DNA from: an uncultured Alphaproteobacteria bacterium
GTDB taxonomy: Bacteria; Pseudomonadota; Alphaproteobacteria; HIMB59; GCA-002718135
Reading direction: 5' to 3'
NCBI GenBank assembly: GCA_902512415.1
Contig: CABXJB010000001.1
Coordinates: 4,384 to 68,383 of the forward strand
DNA length: 64,000 bases
Both the position numbers and the translations under genes were made by a program. The notes beneath the pieces were generated by a model that had not been told where the DNA came from, ran no database searches, and saw only the letters and a list, made by a program, of their open reading frames with translations. How positions within the stretch are numbered: position 1 is the stretch's first letter; every line of letters starts with the position of its first letter. Positions 35,165 to 44,037 of this stretch are shown here, in pieces.

Positions 35165-36301
35165 TTATTTATCTCCTAATAACTGCATAAGAATTCCAAA
35201 TTCATTAAACGCTGTCCATTCTTTAATAATTTTATTATTTTCAATTTGCCACTGAGTAATACCCCAAATATAACATTCTTTATCAGTCGGCGCTCCATAA
35301 TAACCATTGCCTTTATGCGCTCCAATAGCCCCCCAACGTATGGATACTAAATATCCATCTTGTTCATTACCCATCCAATATATATCTTCAATACTAAGAG
35401 CGAGATCTGGAAAAGAGGCAATGATTGAAATTATAAAACTTCTTACCTGTTTTTTTCCTTTAAATAGACGGCCTGTTGAACCTTCAAAAACAATATTGTC
35501 AGAATAAACATGATCAATTGCAGAAAAATTTCTTCTATTCCAGATTGTATTAAAAATAGAATGAACAAACTCTCTAACATTTGAAACTTTTTCTGGAATT
35601 TCAAAACTTATTGGTTTTGCTTTACCAGTTTTTCTTTTTGGTTTTAAGTTTTTAAAATCTGGAGCAAATGGTCCTATTCCTCCTTTATTAGCAATGTCTT
35701 TTGCTACTTGATTAACATTTAATCCTAATTGTTTTATCAAGGCAGCGGTATCATAAACAACATTTTCATAATAAATTTCATTATTTTTTGCTACACAGTT
35801 TGCAATACAAAACAACCTTACAGATTTGCCTGTTGGTTCAGAAAATTTACTATAACCTGTATTTGTTCCAGTAATTATTGTTCTATGAGACGTGTGAAAA
35901 CTTGCATTGTCATCTCCAGCCCAAATAACTTCATCAGCAAAAAGTCGAATGTCAGGAAAAGCATTATTTGTATGAACTGTATCAGCAACAATTTTTTCAG
36001 ATCCTGACTGTAAGCCAAATTCATCCCAAACACGACAATTGTTACTGTAAGTATCATATATGTATCCAATGTTTTTATCTTCCCAAATGTGGTAGGTAAT
36101 TCTTACGATATAATCGATGATATTTTTATATTGTACTTCAAAACCTTTCATTGATTGTGACTTCAATTTTTTAGGGATTGGGTTTAAAGATTTAGCTGTT
36201 CCACCACCACCATATGCTTTTAATGAAATATCAAAATTATTAGGCATATGACGATCTTTTAAAGCTAGCGGTCTTCGATCTTTTATTTTTTTGTTCTTCA
36301 T
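35165..36301 (-). CDS. tandem SnoaL-like (NTF2-like) domain protein
   Basis: Two SnoaL-like halves; clear paralogue of 38561..39550 (MKGF, ITY-IWE, FPD, VIW-G-D, SHR, A-C-AKNN-Y-E). Alternative start is ATG 36151 (MKGFEVQ), which matches the paralogue's N-terminus. Confidence 0.6.
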   Translation of the reverse strand: MKNKKIKDRRPLALKDRHMPNNFDISLKAYGGGGTAKSLNPIPKKLKSQSMKGFEVQYKNIIDYIVRITYHIWEDKNIGYIYDTYSNNCRVWDEFGLQSGSEKIVADTVHTNNAFPDIRLFADEVIWAGDDNASFHTSHRTIITGTNTGYSKFSEPTGKSVRLFCIANCVAKNNEIYYENVVYDTAALIKQLGLNVNQVAKDIANKGGIGPFAPDFKNLKPKRKTGKAKPISFEIPEKVSNVREFVHSIFNTIWNRRNFSAIDHVYSDNIVFEGSTGRLFKGKKQVRSFIISIIASFPDLALSIEDIYWMGNEQDGYLVSIRWGAIGAHKGNGYYGAPTDKECYIWGITQWQIENNKIIKEWTAFNEFGILMQLLGDK

Positions 36302-36372
36302 AAATTTTTAGACTTCAGATTAGTATTAATAAGGTTTTGATACAATTAAAATATTTCAATGCAATGAAATTT

Positions 36373-36390
36373 TATGCAAATAATTGAATA
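36373..36390. promoter_or_regulatory. 18-bp near-palindrome TATGCAAataaTTGAATA, candidate operator (1 mismatch to the other two copies)
   Basis: Read directly; lies in the divergent intergenic region 36302-36430. Confidence 0.45.
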
Positions 36391-36430
36391 TTTTGCTTTT
36401 ATTTTTTTGTATTTGTAATAAGAAATTTTT

Positions 36431-37432
36431 ATGACTGACTTACAACAAGAAAAACAATTGGTTTTAGATTTTGTAAATAATATTGATAAAACTGAAAACA
36501 AACATCTTGCTGAAACAATTTCTAAATTTACCTCTGATGATTTTCATATGAGATGTACTCATCCTTTTAATGAGCTTAAAGGGGCAGACAATGTTGCCAA
36601 TGATCTATGGATACCAATTAAAAATTCTTTTATGCCTATCCAAAGAAGAATGGATATTTTTTATGCTGGCACAAACTTAATAGACAATCATTCTTCAAAA
36701 TGGGTTGTTAATATGGGTCACTTACTTGGTATATTTAATCATTCCTTTTTAGGTATAGTGCCAACAAACAAAGCTGTAATGTTATGGTACTGTGAATTTT
36801 ATAAAGTTGAAAACAATAAAATTACAGAGGGTGCTTTTTTTCTTGATATAATGAAGTTTATGCAACAATTACAACTTCCTATTATTCCGGATTCAACTGG
36901 AATGATTGGTTTTAATGCAGGCCCAATGACTCACGATGGTCTTTACTTCAATAAACAACCTGAAGCGGAAGGGCAGAAAACTTTAGATCTTATGATGCAA
37001 ATGGCTAATAGATTGGTTGGAGGCGGAATGAAGACAACAGTTCCAGATTTAGAAAAAGATTGGCATAAAGATATGATTTGGTGGGGACCTGGTGGCATTG
37101 GTGCGTCGTATACTTATGAAGGATATTTAAAAGGACATACTGGCCCTTTTGAAGAAGGGTTAGATTATATTGAATTTACAGGTCATAAGCTTGAAAATGC
37201 AGAAGGAAATTATGGCGGATGGTTTGGTTGGCCTAATTTAAAAATGAAACCTAAAAGTAATTATATGGGACTTACATCGAGCTCAGACAAAATAGGAGAG
37301 ATGAGAGTTGTAGATCTTTATAGAAGAGATGGCGATAAATTAGCTGAAAACTGGATTTTTATTGATCATTTACATTTCTTAAAGTGTGTTGGTGTTGATT
37401 TACTTCAACGAAACAACCAATTAAATAATTAA
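36431..37432 (+). CDS. NTF2-like (SnoaL-related) two-domain protein, function unknown
   Basis: 333 aa; paralogue of 40639..41733 (KDMIWWGPGGIG vs KKMMWYGPCGIG; ENWIFID vs ENWVPID). Confidence 0.5.
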   Translation: MTDLQQEKQLVLDFVNNIDKTENKHLAETISKFTSDDFHMRCTHPFNELKGADNVANDLWIPIKNSFMPIQRRMDIFYAGTNLIDNHSSKWVVNMGHLLGIFNHSFLGIVPTNKAVMLWYCEFYKVENNKITEGAFFLDIMKFMQQLQLPIIPDSTGMIGFNAGPMTHDGLYFNKQPEAEGQKTLDLMMQMANRLVGGGMKTTVPDLEKDWHKDMIWWGPGGIGASYTYEGYLKGHTGPFEEGLDYIEFTGHKLENAEGNYGGWFGWPNLKMKPKSNYMGLTSSSDKIGEMRVVDLYRRDGDKLAENWIFIDHLHFLKCVGVDLLQRNNQLNN

Positions 37433-38556
37433 ATAACTTTTGAAGCTAGCTTCGTGCCCTCAACTAATGCATGGAGTTTCTCATAACATATATTTTCATC
37501 TATTTTTCCAAAGCCTGCAAATGTACTGAAACCACAATCTGTTCCTGCCATTAATTGTTCTTTTGGAATCACTGTTGAAAATTGAATTAATCTATCAGCT
37601 ACAACTTCTGGATGTTCTACAAAATTTGACGTTGAATCAATTAAGCCAGGGACAAGAATTTTATCTTTAGGAAGTTTAATATCTTTAAATATTTTCCATT
37701 CATGCGAATGTCTAGGATTTGACGATTCAATTAAAAAATATTTCACTTTTGCCTTCAAAATTATCGGAAGTATTTTTTCTAGACTAATATCATGAGTGTG
37801 AGGACCTTCATAATTACCCCAACATATATGCATACGCACCATATCACTTTGCACATCAACTAAAGAATTATTTAAGTATTCAATTTGCTTTTCTGCCTTT
37901 TTTAAAAAATCTTCATCTGACAAAGATTTATAACTCATATGTCTTGCTAGAGCCAAGTCAGGACAATCTAATTGTAATTGAATATTAGCTTTTGTTATTG
38001 CTTTATATTCATTTGCCATAAGGAAAGACAATTTTTCCATATATTCATCATCATCCTTATAAAATTTATTTGGCATGAATACTGAAATTACTCCTGGAGA
38101 TGCAGCGTTCATAAAACCTCTCTGATGATTTGCTTTTTGTAACGCTTTACTAAAATTTCCAATATCTTTATGTAGTGAATCATCATCCTTCAGTTCCAAA
38201 TTACTTGTGCAACATGGACGTGTATATGTAGGAGTTCCGCCGCTTTGTGCTATTTTTTCTTTATAGTTTGGAAAATCATCTAAGTCTGCTGGCGCTCTTC
38301 TTTCACTTTCTCCAGAAAAACCATGTAGTCGATCTTTTACATAAGTAGCATAGCTTATTTTGCTCATTTCACCATCGCTAACAAAATCTATACCGACATC
38401 TAGTTGTTTATTAACGACCTGCTCGACGTTTTTCTTAACCACATCTTGAAATAAGTTACTATCAAATGACTCGCCTTTATCTTTATTAAACAATAATTCT
38501 GATAATTCTTTAGAGCGAGGTAAACTGCCTACATGCGTTGTTAAAATAGATGTCAT
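37429..38556 (-). CDS. cobalamin-independent methionine synthase (MetE C-domain)-like Zn thiol-alkyltransferase family protein
   Basis: N-terminus MTSILTTHVGSLPRS; Zn ligand motifs H-x-C (MHICWGN) and distal Cys (GTDCGFS). Confidence 0.75.
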   Translation of the reverse strand: MTSILTTHVGSLPRSKELSELLFNKDKGESFDSNLFQDVVKKNVEQVVNKQLDVGIDFVSDGEMSKISYATYVKDRLHGFSGESERRAPADLDDFPNYKEKIAQSGGTPTYTRPCCTSNLELKDDDSLHKDIGNFSKALQKANHQRGFMNAASPGVISVFMPNKFYKDDDEYMEKLSFLMANEYKAITKANIQLQLDCPDLALARHMSYKSLSDEDFLKKAEKQIEYLNNSLVDVQSDMVRMHICWGNYEGPHTHDISLEKILPIILKAKVKYFLIESSNPRHSHEWKIFKDIKLPKDKILVPGLIDSTSNFVEHPEVVADRLIQFSTVIPKEQLMAGTDCGFSTFAGFGKIDENICYEKLHALVEGTKLASKVI

Positions 38557-38560
38557 AAAT

Positions 38561-39550
38561 TTAGCCTGTCTGCATTAAAATCTGTTTCCAGATCATTGTT
38601 TCATCAAAAAGTATCCATTCATTTTTTATGCCACGAGAACCAAACTCTGCATGATTAATACCCATCACATACACATCGGCCTCTGTTGGCGTTCCAAACA
38701 TACCAGCACCACTATGTTTACCAGATATGGACCAGCGAATTGCTGCTTTTTTTGGATTATTACTGTTTTCTGTAAAACTTATATGTTCAATCTTAAATTC
38801 AGAATTTGGAAAAGAAGATTTAAGATTGCTCCAAAAATTTAGCACTTCTTCTCTTCCATACCTAATGAAACCACCGGGTTGATATTGTTGAATTGCTCTA
38901 TCATAATTTTCTTCAATTACATTTTTTTCACCATTCATAATACTGCTTAAAATATTGCTATAAGCTTTACCTGTATTTATTTCAGGCAAAGAGGGCGGGT
39001 TATATATAGACTTAATAGGAGTATTATTATTAAATGGTTGATCGGCTTTATCAGTTCCTCCCTCTTCCATAATTAAATTGTATGCAAATTTTTTTGGATC
39101 AATACCAATCTGTCTTACTATTGCACCTTGATCTCTTACTAACCATTCATCATAAACTTGATTATTTTTACAAGCACAATCAGCAATACCCCTGTAGACT
39201 AGTTTTTTTCCAGTAGCCTTACCATATAAACCATCTTGATTATGCGTTACAGTAGACAGAATACGGTGTGAAGAAAAATAACCCTCTTCATCATTTCCAA
39301 TCCATATTACATCTTCACCCAACAAGGTGCGGTCTGGAAATAATTTTTTACTTGCTAAAGTACCCTTAATAACAGGCTCTGCCCCATAGATGACTCCTGA
39401 AGGTGAGCGTGTTGGCGTAGCAAGACTAACTTCAGGTATATCAGCATAATATTTTTTAATAGACTCAACATCGTTGTTTTCCCATATTTGATATGTAATT
39501 TTTAAAATAAAATCAGGTAAATCTTTAAATTGATTATCAAAACCTTTCAT
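38561..39550 (-). CDS. tandem SnoaL-like (NTF2-like) domain protein
   Basis: 329 aa; paralogue of 35165..36301. The C-terminal half has GKHSGAGMFGTPTEADVYVMGINHAEF, an ester-cyclase-like pattern. Confidence 0.6.
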   Translation of the reverse strand: MKGFDNQFKDLPDFILKITYQIWENNDVESIKKYYADIPEVSLATPTRSPSGVIYGAEPVIKGTLASKKLFPDRTLLGEDVIWIGNDEEGYFSSHRILSTVTHNQDGLYGKATGKKLVYRGIADCACKNNQVYDEWLVRDQGAIVRQIGIDPKKFAYNLIMEEGGTDKADQPFNNNTPIKSIYNPPSLPEINTGKAYSNILSSIMNGEKNVIEENYDRAIQQYQPGGFIRYGREEVLNFWSNLKSSFPNSEFKIEHISFTENSNNPKKAAIRWSISGKHSGAGMFGTPTEADVYVMGINHAEFGSRGIKNEWILFDETMIWKQILMQTG

Positions 39551-39562
39551 ATTTATTGAAAG

Positions 39563-40531
39563 TCAGTTTGTTTCTCGGACGATAAATAAGCTACCTTCAT
39601 CTCTACTTATCTGCTTAACACTTCTTTTTGATTTTTTTGGCGCAGAAAAACTATCACGAGGTCCAAGAATAACTTTTTCGTCATCACATGTAACTTCCCA
39701 TTCTCCACTTAAACAATTATAAAATTCAGATCGATCTCTTGTGTAAGAATGGATATGAGCCGAAGTTCCTTTTAATAAAGACAGTCCAAAACCAGTTTTA
39801 TGAAGAATTTGTGGTTCTATTTCTTTTCCATGAATTTCAAAAGAATCTAAATAATTAATAATTGAGTTTGAATTATAATGTTCATCATCAACATACATGG
39901 TTGTATCTTGATATCTAATAACAAATTTTTCTATTTCTTCTGAGCTATAATGATCAAAAGCTTGCAGTTCTTTTTCTTGAAGAGGTTTTGTAACTATTTT
40001 ACCATCTGGTATATTTTGTTTATCAAGATCAATTAACGATCTATCTTCCATTAATAACATTCCAGACTCATTTGCTTCTTTAAGCAACTTTGGGGTCCAG
40101 GTAATAATACCGGGATCATTTTCACCAAGAACAACAAACATAAGAGCTTCTTTATCACTAACATTTTTAAATCCTCTAAACATATTCGTTGGAAATGATG
40201 CAACATCACCAGTATTAAGAATTACTTCTCCCTCTTCTCCATTAACACCCCAATAAAAGGACCAAGATCCAGAATGAATAATAAATACCTCGGCAGTGGT
40301 ATGACTATGCAGTCCTGATCCATTCATAGGAGCGGCACTAACAGCCCCAATATTAAATCCATGAGCCTCAATTAATTTTACATTTTGTTTAGTATCCTCA
40401 CTGACCCCAGGACCAATAATTGAATAATTTTTTCTATCCTGGTGTCCTTTTAATTTTCCTTCAACAAAAGGAACTGTGCTGGGTATAAGTTCATCAAATT
40501 TTGCAAGACGTGATTGAATACTATTTGACAT
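39563..40531 (-). CDS. bicupin protein
   Basis: N-domain cupin motif GSGLHSHTTAEVFIIHSG; the second beta-barrel-like half has AHIHSYTRDRSEFYNCLSGEWEV. Confidence 0.6.
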   Translation of the reverse strand: MSNSIQSRLAKFDELIPSTVPFVEGKLKGHQDRKNYSIIGPGVSEDTKQNVKLIEAHGFNIGAVSAAPMNGSGLHSHTTAEVFIIHSGSWSFYWGVNGEEGEVILNTGDVASFPTNMFRGFKNVSDKEALMFVVLGENDPGIITWTPKLLKEANESGMLLMEDRSLIDLDKQNIPDGKIVTKPLQEKELQAFDHYSSEEIEKFVIRYQDTTMYVDDEHYNSNSIINYLDSFEIHGKEIEPQILHKTGFGLSLLKGTSAHIHSYTRDRSEFYNCLSGEWEVTCDDEKVILGPRDSFSAPKKSKRSVKQISRDEGSLFIVRETN

Positions 40532-40558
40532 ATCTATACTATAAATTATTCATTTTTT

Positions 40559-40584
40559 TTGAATATTATTCAATATATTGAATA
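40559..40584. promoter_or_regulatory. overlapping palindromes TTGAATAtTATTCAA and TATTCAAtataTTGAATA, candidate operator
   Basis: Read directly (40559-40573 and 40567-40584); lies in the divergent intergenic region 40532-40638. Confidence 0.5.
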
Positions 40585-40638
40585 AATCAATTAGTTAATA
40601 ATGGATAATTGTGAGTAACTAAATTAAAAGTTTTTGTA

Positions 40639-41733
40639 ATGCAGATTGAAGATTTTAAAACAGGTATAAAGGTTGATCCCAACCTAAAAACAATTAATTT
40701 AGATCCAAAAGAGAATGTTCAAAATAAAAAAAATATAAGAGCTCTTCTTAAAAATATCGTTGAATCTTCTTTAAGTTCGCTAAAAAAAAATTTAGAAAAA
40801 GCTTATCACAGTGAGGCAGAGTTAAATGGATTTTATCCAATAAATGAAATTAAGGGTATTGATGCAATTGAACAATTATTATGGGAGCCTCTCTTAACTT
40901 CTTTTCCTGATTTAGAGAGAAGAGATAATTTAATAATTGGGGGCAGTTTTCAAGATAAAATATTTGTATCTTGTATAAGTCATTTAACAGGAACCTTTAC
41001 TAAACCTTGGTTAAATATTCCGGCTACAAAAAAAACAATTCACTTACGTCTTTGTGAAGTGCATCAATTAAAAGATAATAAAATAATTAAATCCTATGTA
41101 CTAATTGATATTATGGATTTTATTCGCCAAGCTGGTTTTTGGCCTATCAATCCTTCACTTGGCATTGAAGAAATGTGGCCTGGACCAATTATTGGGAATG
41201 GATCTTCATTTGAAAATTTAGATATTAAACTCTCAAAAGAATCTTTGAGCCAAGGATTAACAATGCAAAGAAGTTTAAACATTAAACCTGAATCTGAAGA
41301 AGGAATAACCAATCAAGAAATTCGCAACAAATTGATAGATCACCCACAAAAGGATTTTTGGCATAAAAAGATGATGTGGTATGGACCTTGTGGCATTGGA
41401 ACAGCTAGGGGGCTAGAAGGTTTTGTTGATCATCACCAGTTACCTTTTCGATTAACTTTTAAAGAAAGAAATTATTGGAAAATTGGCCACTATGTTGAAT
41501 TAGGAGATGGATCATATTCCATGACAGGAGGTTGGCACAGCATAACAGCAACACATGGTTCAAAAGATTGGCTAGGTTATGAACCTACACAAAAACAAAT
41601 AACTATGAGAGTAATGGATTTTTACCTTCATGATGAAGGACTTATTAGAGAAAATTGGGTACCAATTGATATAGTGCATATTCTTAAACAATTGGATATA
41701 GATGTTTTCAAATTAGTTGAAAAAATGAGATGA
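40639..41733 (+). CDS. NTF2-like (SnoaL-related) two-domain protein, function unknown
   Basis: 364 aa; paralogue of 36431..37432. Its stop overlaps the start of the hisD-like gene. Confidence 0.5.
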   Translation: MQIEDFKTGIKVDPNLKTINLDPKENVQNKKNIRALLKNIVESSLSSLKKNLEKAYHSEAELNGFYPINEIKGIDAIEQLLWEPLLTSFPDLERRDNLIIGGSFQDKIFVSCISHLTGTFTKPWLNIPATKKTIHLRLCEVHQLKDNKIIKSYVLIDIMDFIRQAGFWPINPSLGIEEMWPGPIIGNGSSFENLDIKLSKESLSQGLTMQRSLNIKPESEEGITNQEIRNKLIDHPQKDFWHKKMMWYGPCGIGTARGLEGFVDHHQLPFRLTFKERNYWKIGHYVELGDGSYSMTGGWHSITATHGSKDWLGYEPTQKQITMRVMDFYLHDEGLIRENWVPIDIVHILKQLDIDVFKLVEKMR

Positions 41734-43016
41734 CTATAAAGTATATTAAAAAAGCAGATAAAACAGCCTCTTCAGATGAAGCAGAAACTCGTAAAAGAGT
41801 TCAGGATGTATTAAATGAAATTGAATCAAGAAGAGATGAAGGGATAAAAGATATATCGCGTAAATTTGATAATTATGAAGGTGATGTTATTGTTTCCAAA
41901 GAAAAAATTGAAGAGGTTATTAAGTCTCTTGATCAAAAGGTAAAAGATGACGTGCAATTCTCTTATGATAGAGTAAGAAGTTTTGCTGAACATCAATTAA
42001 AACACCTTAATAATGATTTTGAAGTTGAATTATCACCCGGTTTGTTTGCAGGGCAAAAATTAATTCCAGTTAATAGTGTTGGTTGTTATGTGCCTGGTGG
42101 TCGTTACAATAATATTGCATCCGCAGTAATGAGTATAACAACAGCAAAAGTGGCAGGCGTAAAAAATGTTATTGCAGCAAGTCCTCCAAAAGATGTGAAC
42201 GGTGCAAATCCCATTATTATTTATACAGCGAATTTATGTGGTGCTGATGTTATTATGAATATTGGTGGAATTGGAGCGATCGGAGCTTTTGCCTATGGAT
42301 GCTTTGGTAATCCAGAAGTTGATATGATTGTTGGACCAGGGAATCAATATGTTGCTGAAGCAAAAAGAATTTTGTACGGCAAAGTTGGTATTGATTTATT
42401 TGCTGGCCCAACTGAAATTGCAATTATTGCTGATCATACAGCTGATAAAGAAATGATTGCTGTTGATTTAGTAGGACAAGCAGAGCATGGACCTAACTCC
42501 CCTGCTTGGTTATATTCCACTGATCAACAATTATGTGACTATGTGATGAAGAGAGTACCTGAATTAATTGCTGCACTTCCTGAAACATCAAAAAATAATG
42601 CTGAAGCAGCATGGCGTGATTACGGAGAAATTATTCTGTGTGATACGAATGAAGAGTTATGTGAGATTAGTGATCAATATGCACCTGAACATTTAGAAGT
42701 ACAAGCAGAAAAATTAGATTGGTGGCTTGATAAATTAAAAAACTATGGATCATTATTTTTAGGCGAAGAGACAACTGTTGCCTACGGAGATAAATGCTCA
42801 GGCACTAATCATATCCTTCCAACAAAAGGGGCAGCAAAATACACGGGTGGTTTATTTGTTGGTAAATTTATTAAAACAGTTACATTCCAACGTATGACAA
42901 AAGAATCAAATAAAGAAGTTGGTGCAGCCGCTGCTAGAATTTCTCGGTTAGAAGGAATGGAAGCACATGCTAGAACGGGTGATGCTCGTTTACGCAAATA
43001 CGGATTTCAAAACTAA
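41730..43016 (+). CDS. histidinol-dehydrogenase-family NAD-dependent dehydrogenase (HisD paralogue; HpsN-like candidate)
   Basis: QAEHGPNS, APEHLEV and GTNHILPT motifs of the HisD family, with no other his genes nearby. Confidence 0.75.
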   Translation: MTIKYIKKADKTASSDEAETRKRVQDVLNEIESRRDEGIKDISRKFDNYEGDVIVSKEKIEEVIKSLDQKVKDDVQFSYDRVRSFAEHQLKHLNNDFEVELSPGLFAGQKLIPVNSVGCYVPGGRYNNIASAVMSITTAKVAGVKNVIAASPPKDVNGANPIIIYTANLCGADVIMNIGGIGAIGAFAYGCFGNPEVDMIVGPGNQYVAEAKRILYGKVGIDLFAGPTEIAIIADHTADKEMIAVDLVGQAEHGPNSPAWLYSTDQQLCDYVMKRVPELIAALPETSKNNAEAAWRDYGEIILCDTNEELCEISDQYAPEHLEVQAEKLDWWLDKLKNYGSLFLGEETTVAYGDKCSGTNHILPTKGAAKYTGGLFVGKFIKTVTFQRMTKESNKEVGAAAARISRLEGMEAHARTGDARLRKYGFQN

Positions 43017-43017
43017 A

Positions 43018-43419
43018 TTATTTTTCTTTTAATTCACCTTTTTGGCGCATTTCTTTTCTGATATTTGTTGCAGAAATTTTATGTATTTCTACTCCTAAAT
43101 CATGTTCAGTGAATGTGTAGCCCACTCCTCTGCCATAAGATATATCAATAATGTTAGGAACCTTAATAACTACATATTCTCGACCTTCTTCATATCCATG
43201 AGGCTTTAACCCTTCAATTATATTTTTTTTCACTTCTTCAAATTGAAAAGGGTTATCTGATTGTCCTTCTACGCCAGCATCTGATCCTCCTACATCACGG
43301 TACATAATGCAAACCTGTCCAGTTTTTTGCAATGCTCTTTTAAATAATTCGGTATGACCATCATGCCAGGGTTGCCACCGTCCAAGCATCTCAACAGTAG
43401 GTTTTTTCCAATCAAACAT
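43018..43419 (-). CDS. minimal cytidylyl/adenylyl-transferase-like nucleotidyltransferase (133 aa)
   Basis: GRWQPWHDGH (an H-x-G-H motif in the GRFQPFHxGH style) and a C-terminal ISATNIR (ISxTxxR) motif. Confidence 0.6.
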   Translation of the reverse strand: MFDWKKPTVEMLGRWQPWHDGHTELFKRALQKTGQVCIMYRDVGGSDAGVEGQSDNPFQFEEVKKNIIEGLKPHGYEEGREYVVIKVPNIIDISYGRGVGYTFTEHDLGVEIHKISATNIRKEMRQKGELKEK

Positions 43420-43906
43420 TTTTAATTTTCTCAGCTAATAATTTTATTTCATCATCAGTTAAAAAACTCGTTATATGCTCATTGGCATTAGATGGCTTTT
43501 CAAACATTTTCGTTGTATCATCAAATTTCTTACTCGTCGAAAGAGATTTTGCATCAAATGGAAGATTATTAATTGCATTAAGTTGATTTAATTTTGCGTT
43601 TACTACTCGCCCCTCCTTAATAGTATCTATCCAAATAAGATAATCAGCATTGAATGCTGTTCTTGCTTTTTCTGTAGGTGCTACAAAGTCACACACAACC
43701 CATCTGCCATTATTCTTTTCAAAATCTGCAAAGGTCTTCATTCTGTTGGCTTGTCTCATTCTCCCTTCAATTTCAAAGTCCCAATCATTTGCATATTTAC
43801 GAACAAAATCAGCGTTATACCAAGCACAGTTATCCAAATGCTTTACTAATCTTTCAGATAACCATGTTTTGCCAGATCCAGGTAAACCACAAACCAATAT
43901 TTTCAT
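43412..43906 (-). CDS. P-loop kinase, adenylylsulfate (APS) kinase-like
   Basis: GLPGSGKTW P-loop; NADFVRKYANDWDFEIEGRMRQANRMKTFADF aligns by eye with the CysC pattern DGDNVRHGLNKDLGFSEEDRxENIRR. Substrate is uncertain. Confidence 0.55.
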   Translation of the reverse strand: MKILVCGLPGSGKTWLSERLVKHLDNCAWYNADFVRKYANDWDFEIEGRMRQANRMKTFADFEKNNGRWVVCDFVAPTEKARTAFNADYLIWIDTIKEGRVVNAKLNQLNAINNLPFDAKSLSTSKKFDDTTKMFEKPSNANEHITSFLTDDEIKLLAEKIKNV

Positions 43907-44037
43907 AATTATTATGTTATTAAATATTTATTTATTTAACGCAATAAATGTTTCATTTTGATAAAAATTCTTTAAAAAGCTATAAAAACATACAAAGACT
44001 AACATAATAATTATTTAATTTTGGGGAAATATACTAA

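Noticed and set aside
43018-43906. The nucleotidyltransferase plus P-loop protein pair considered as a phage-defence (CBASS-like or other NTase-based) module.
   Set aside because: The NTase has the HxGH/ISxTxxR cytidylyl/adenylyl-transferase motifs rather than the cGAS/DncV-type pol-beta motif. The P-loop protein resembles small-molecule kinases, and there is no effector gene. A metabolic role is more likely.
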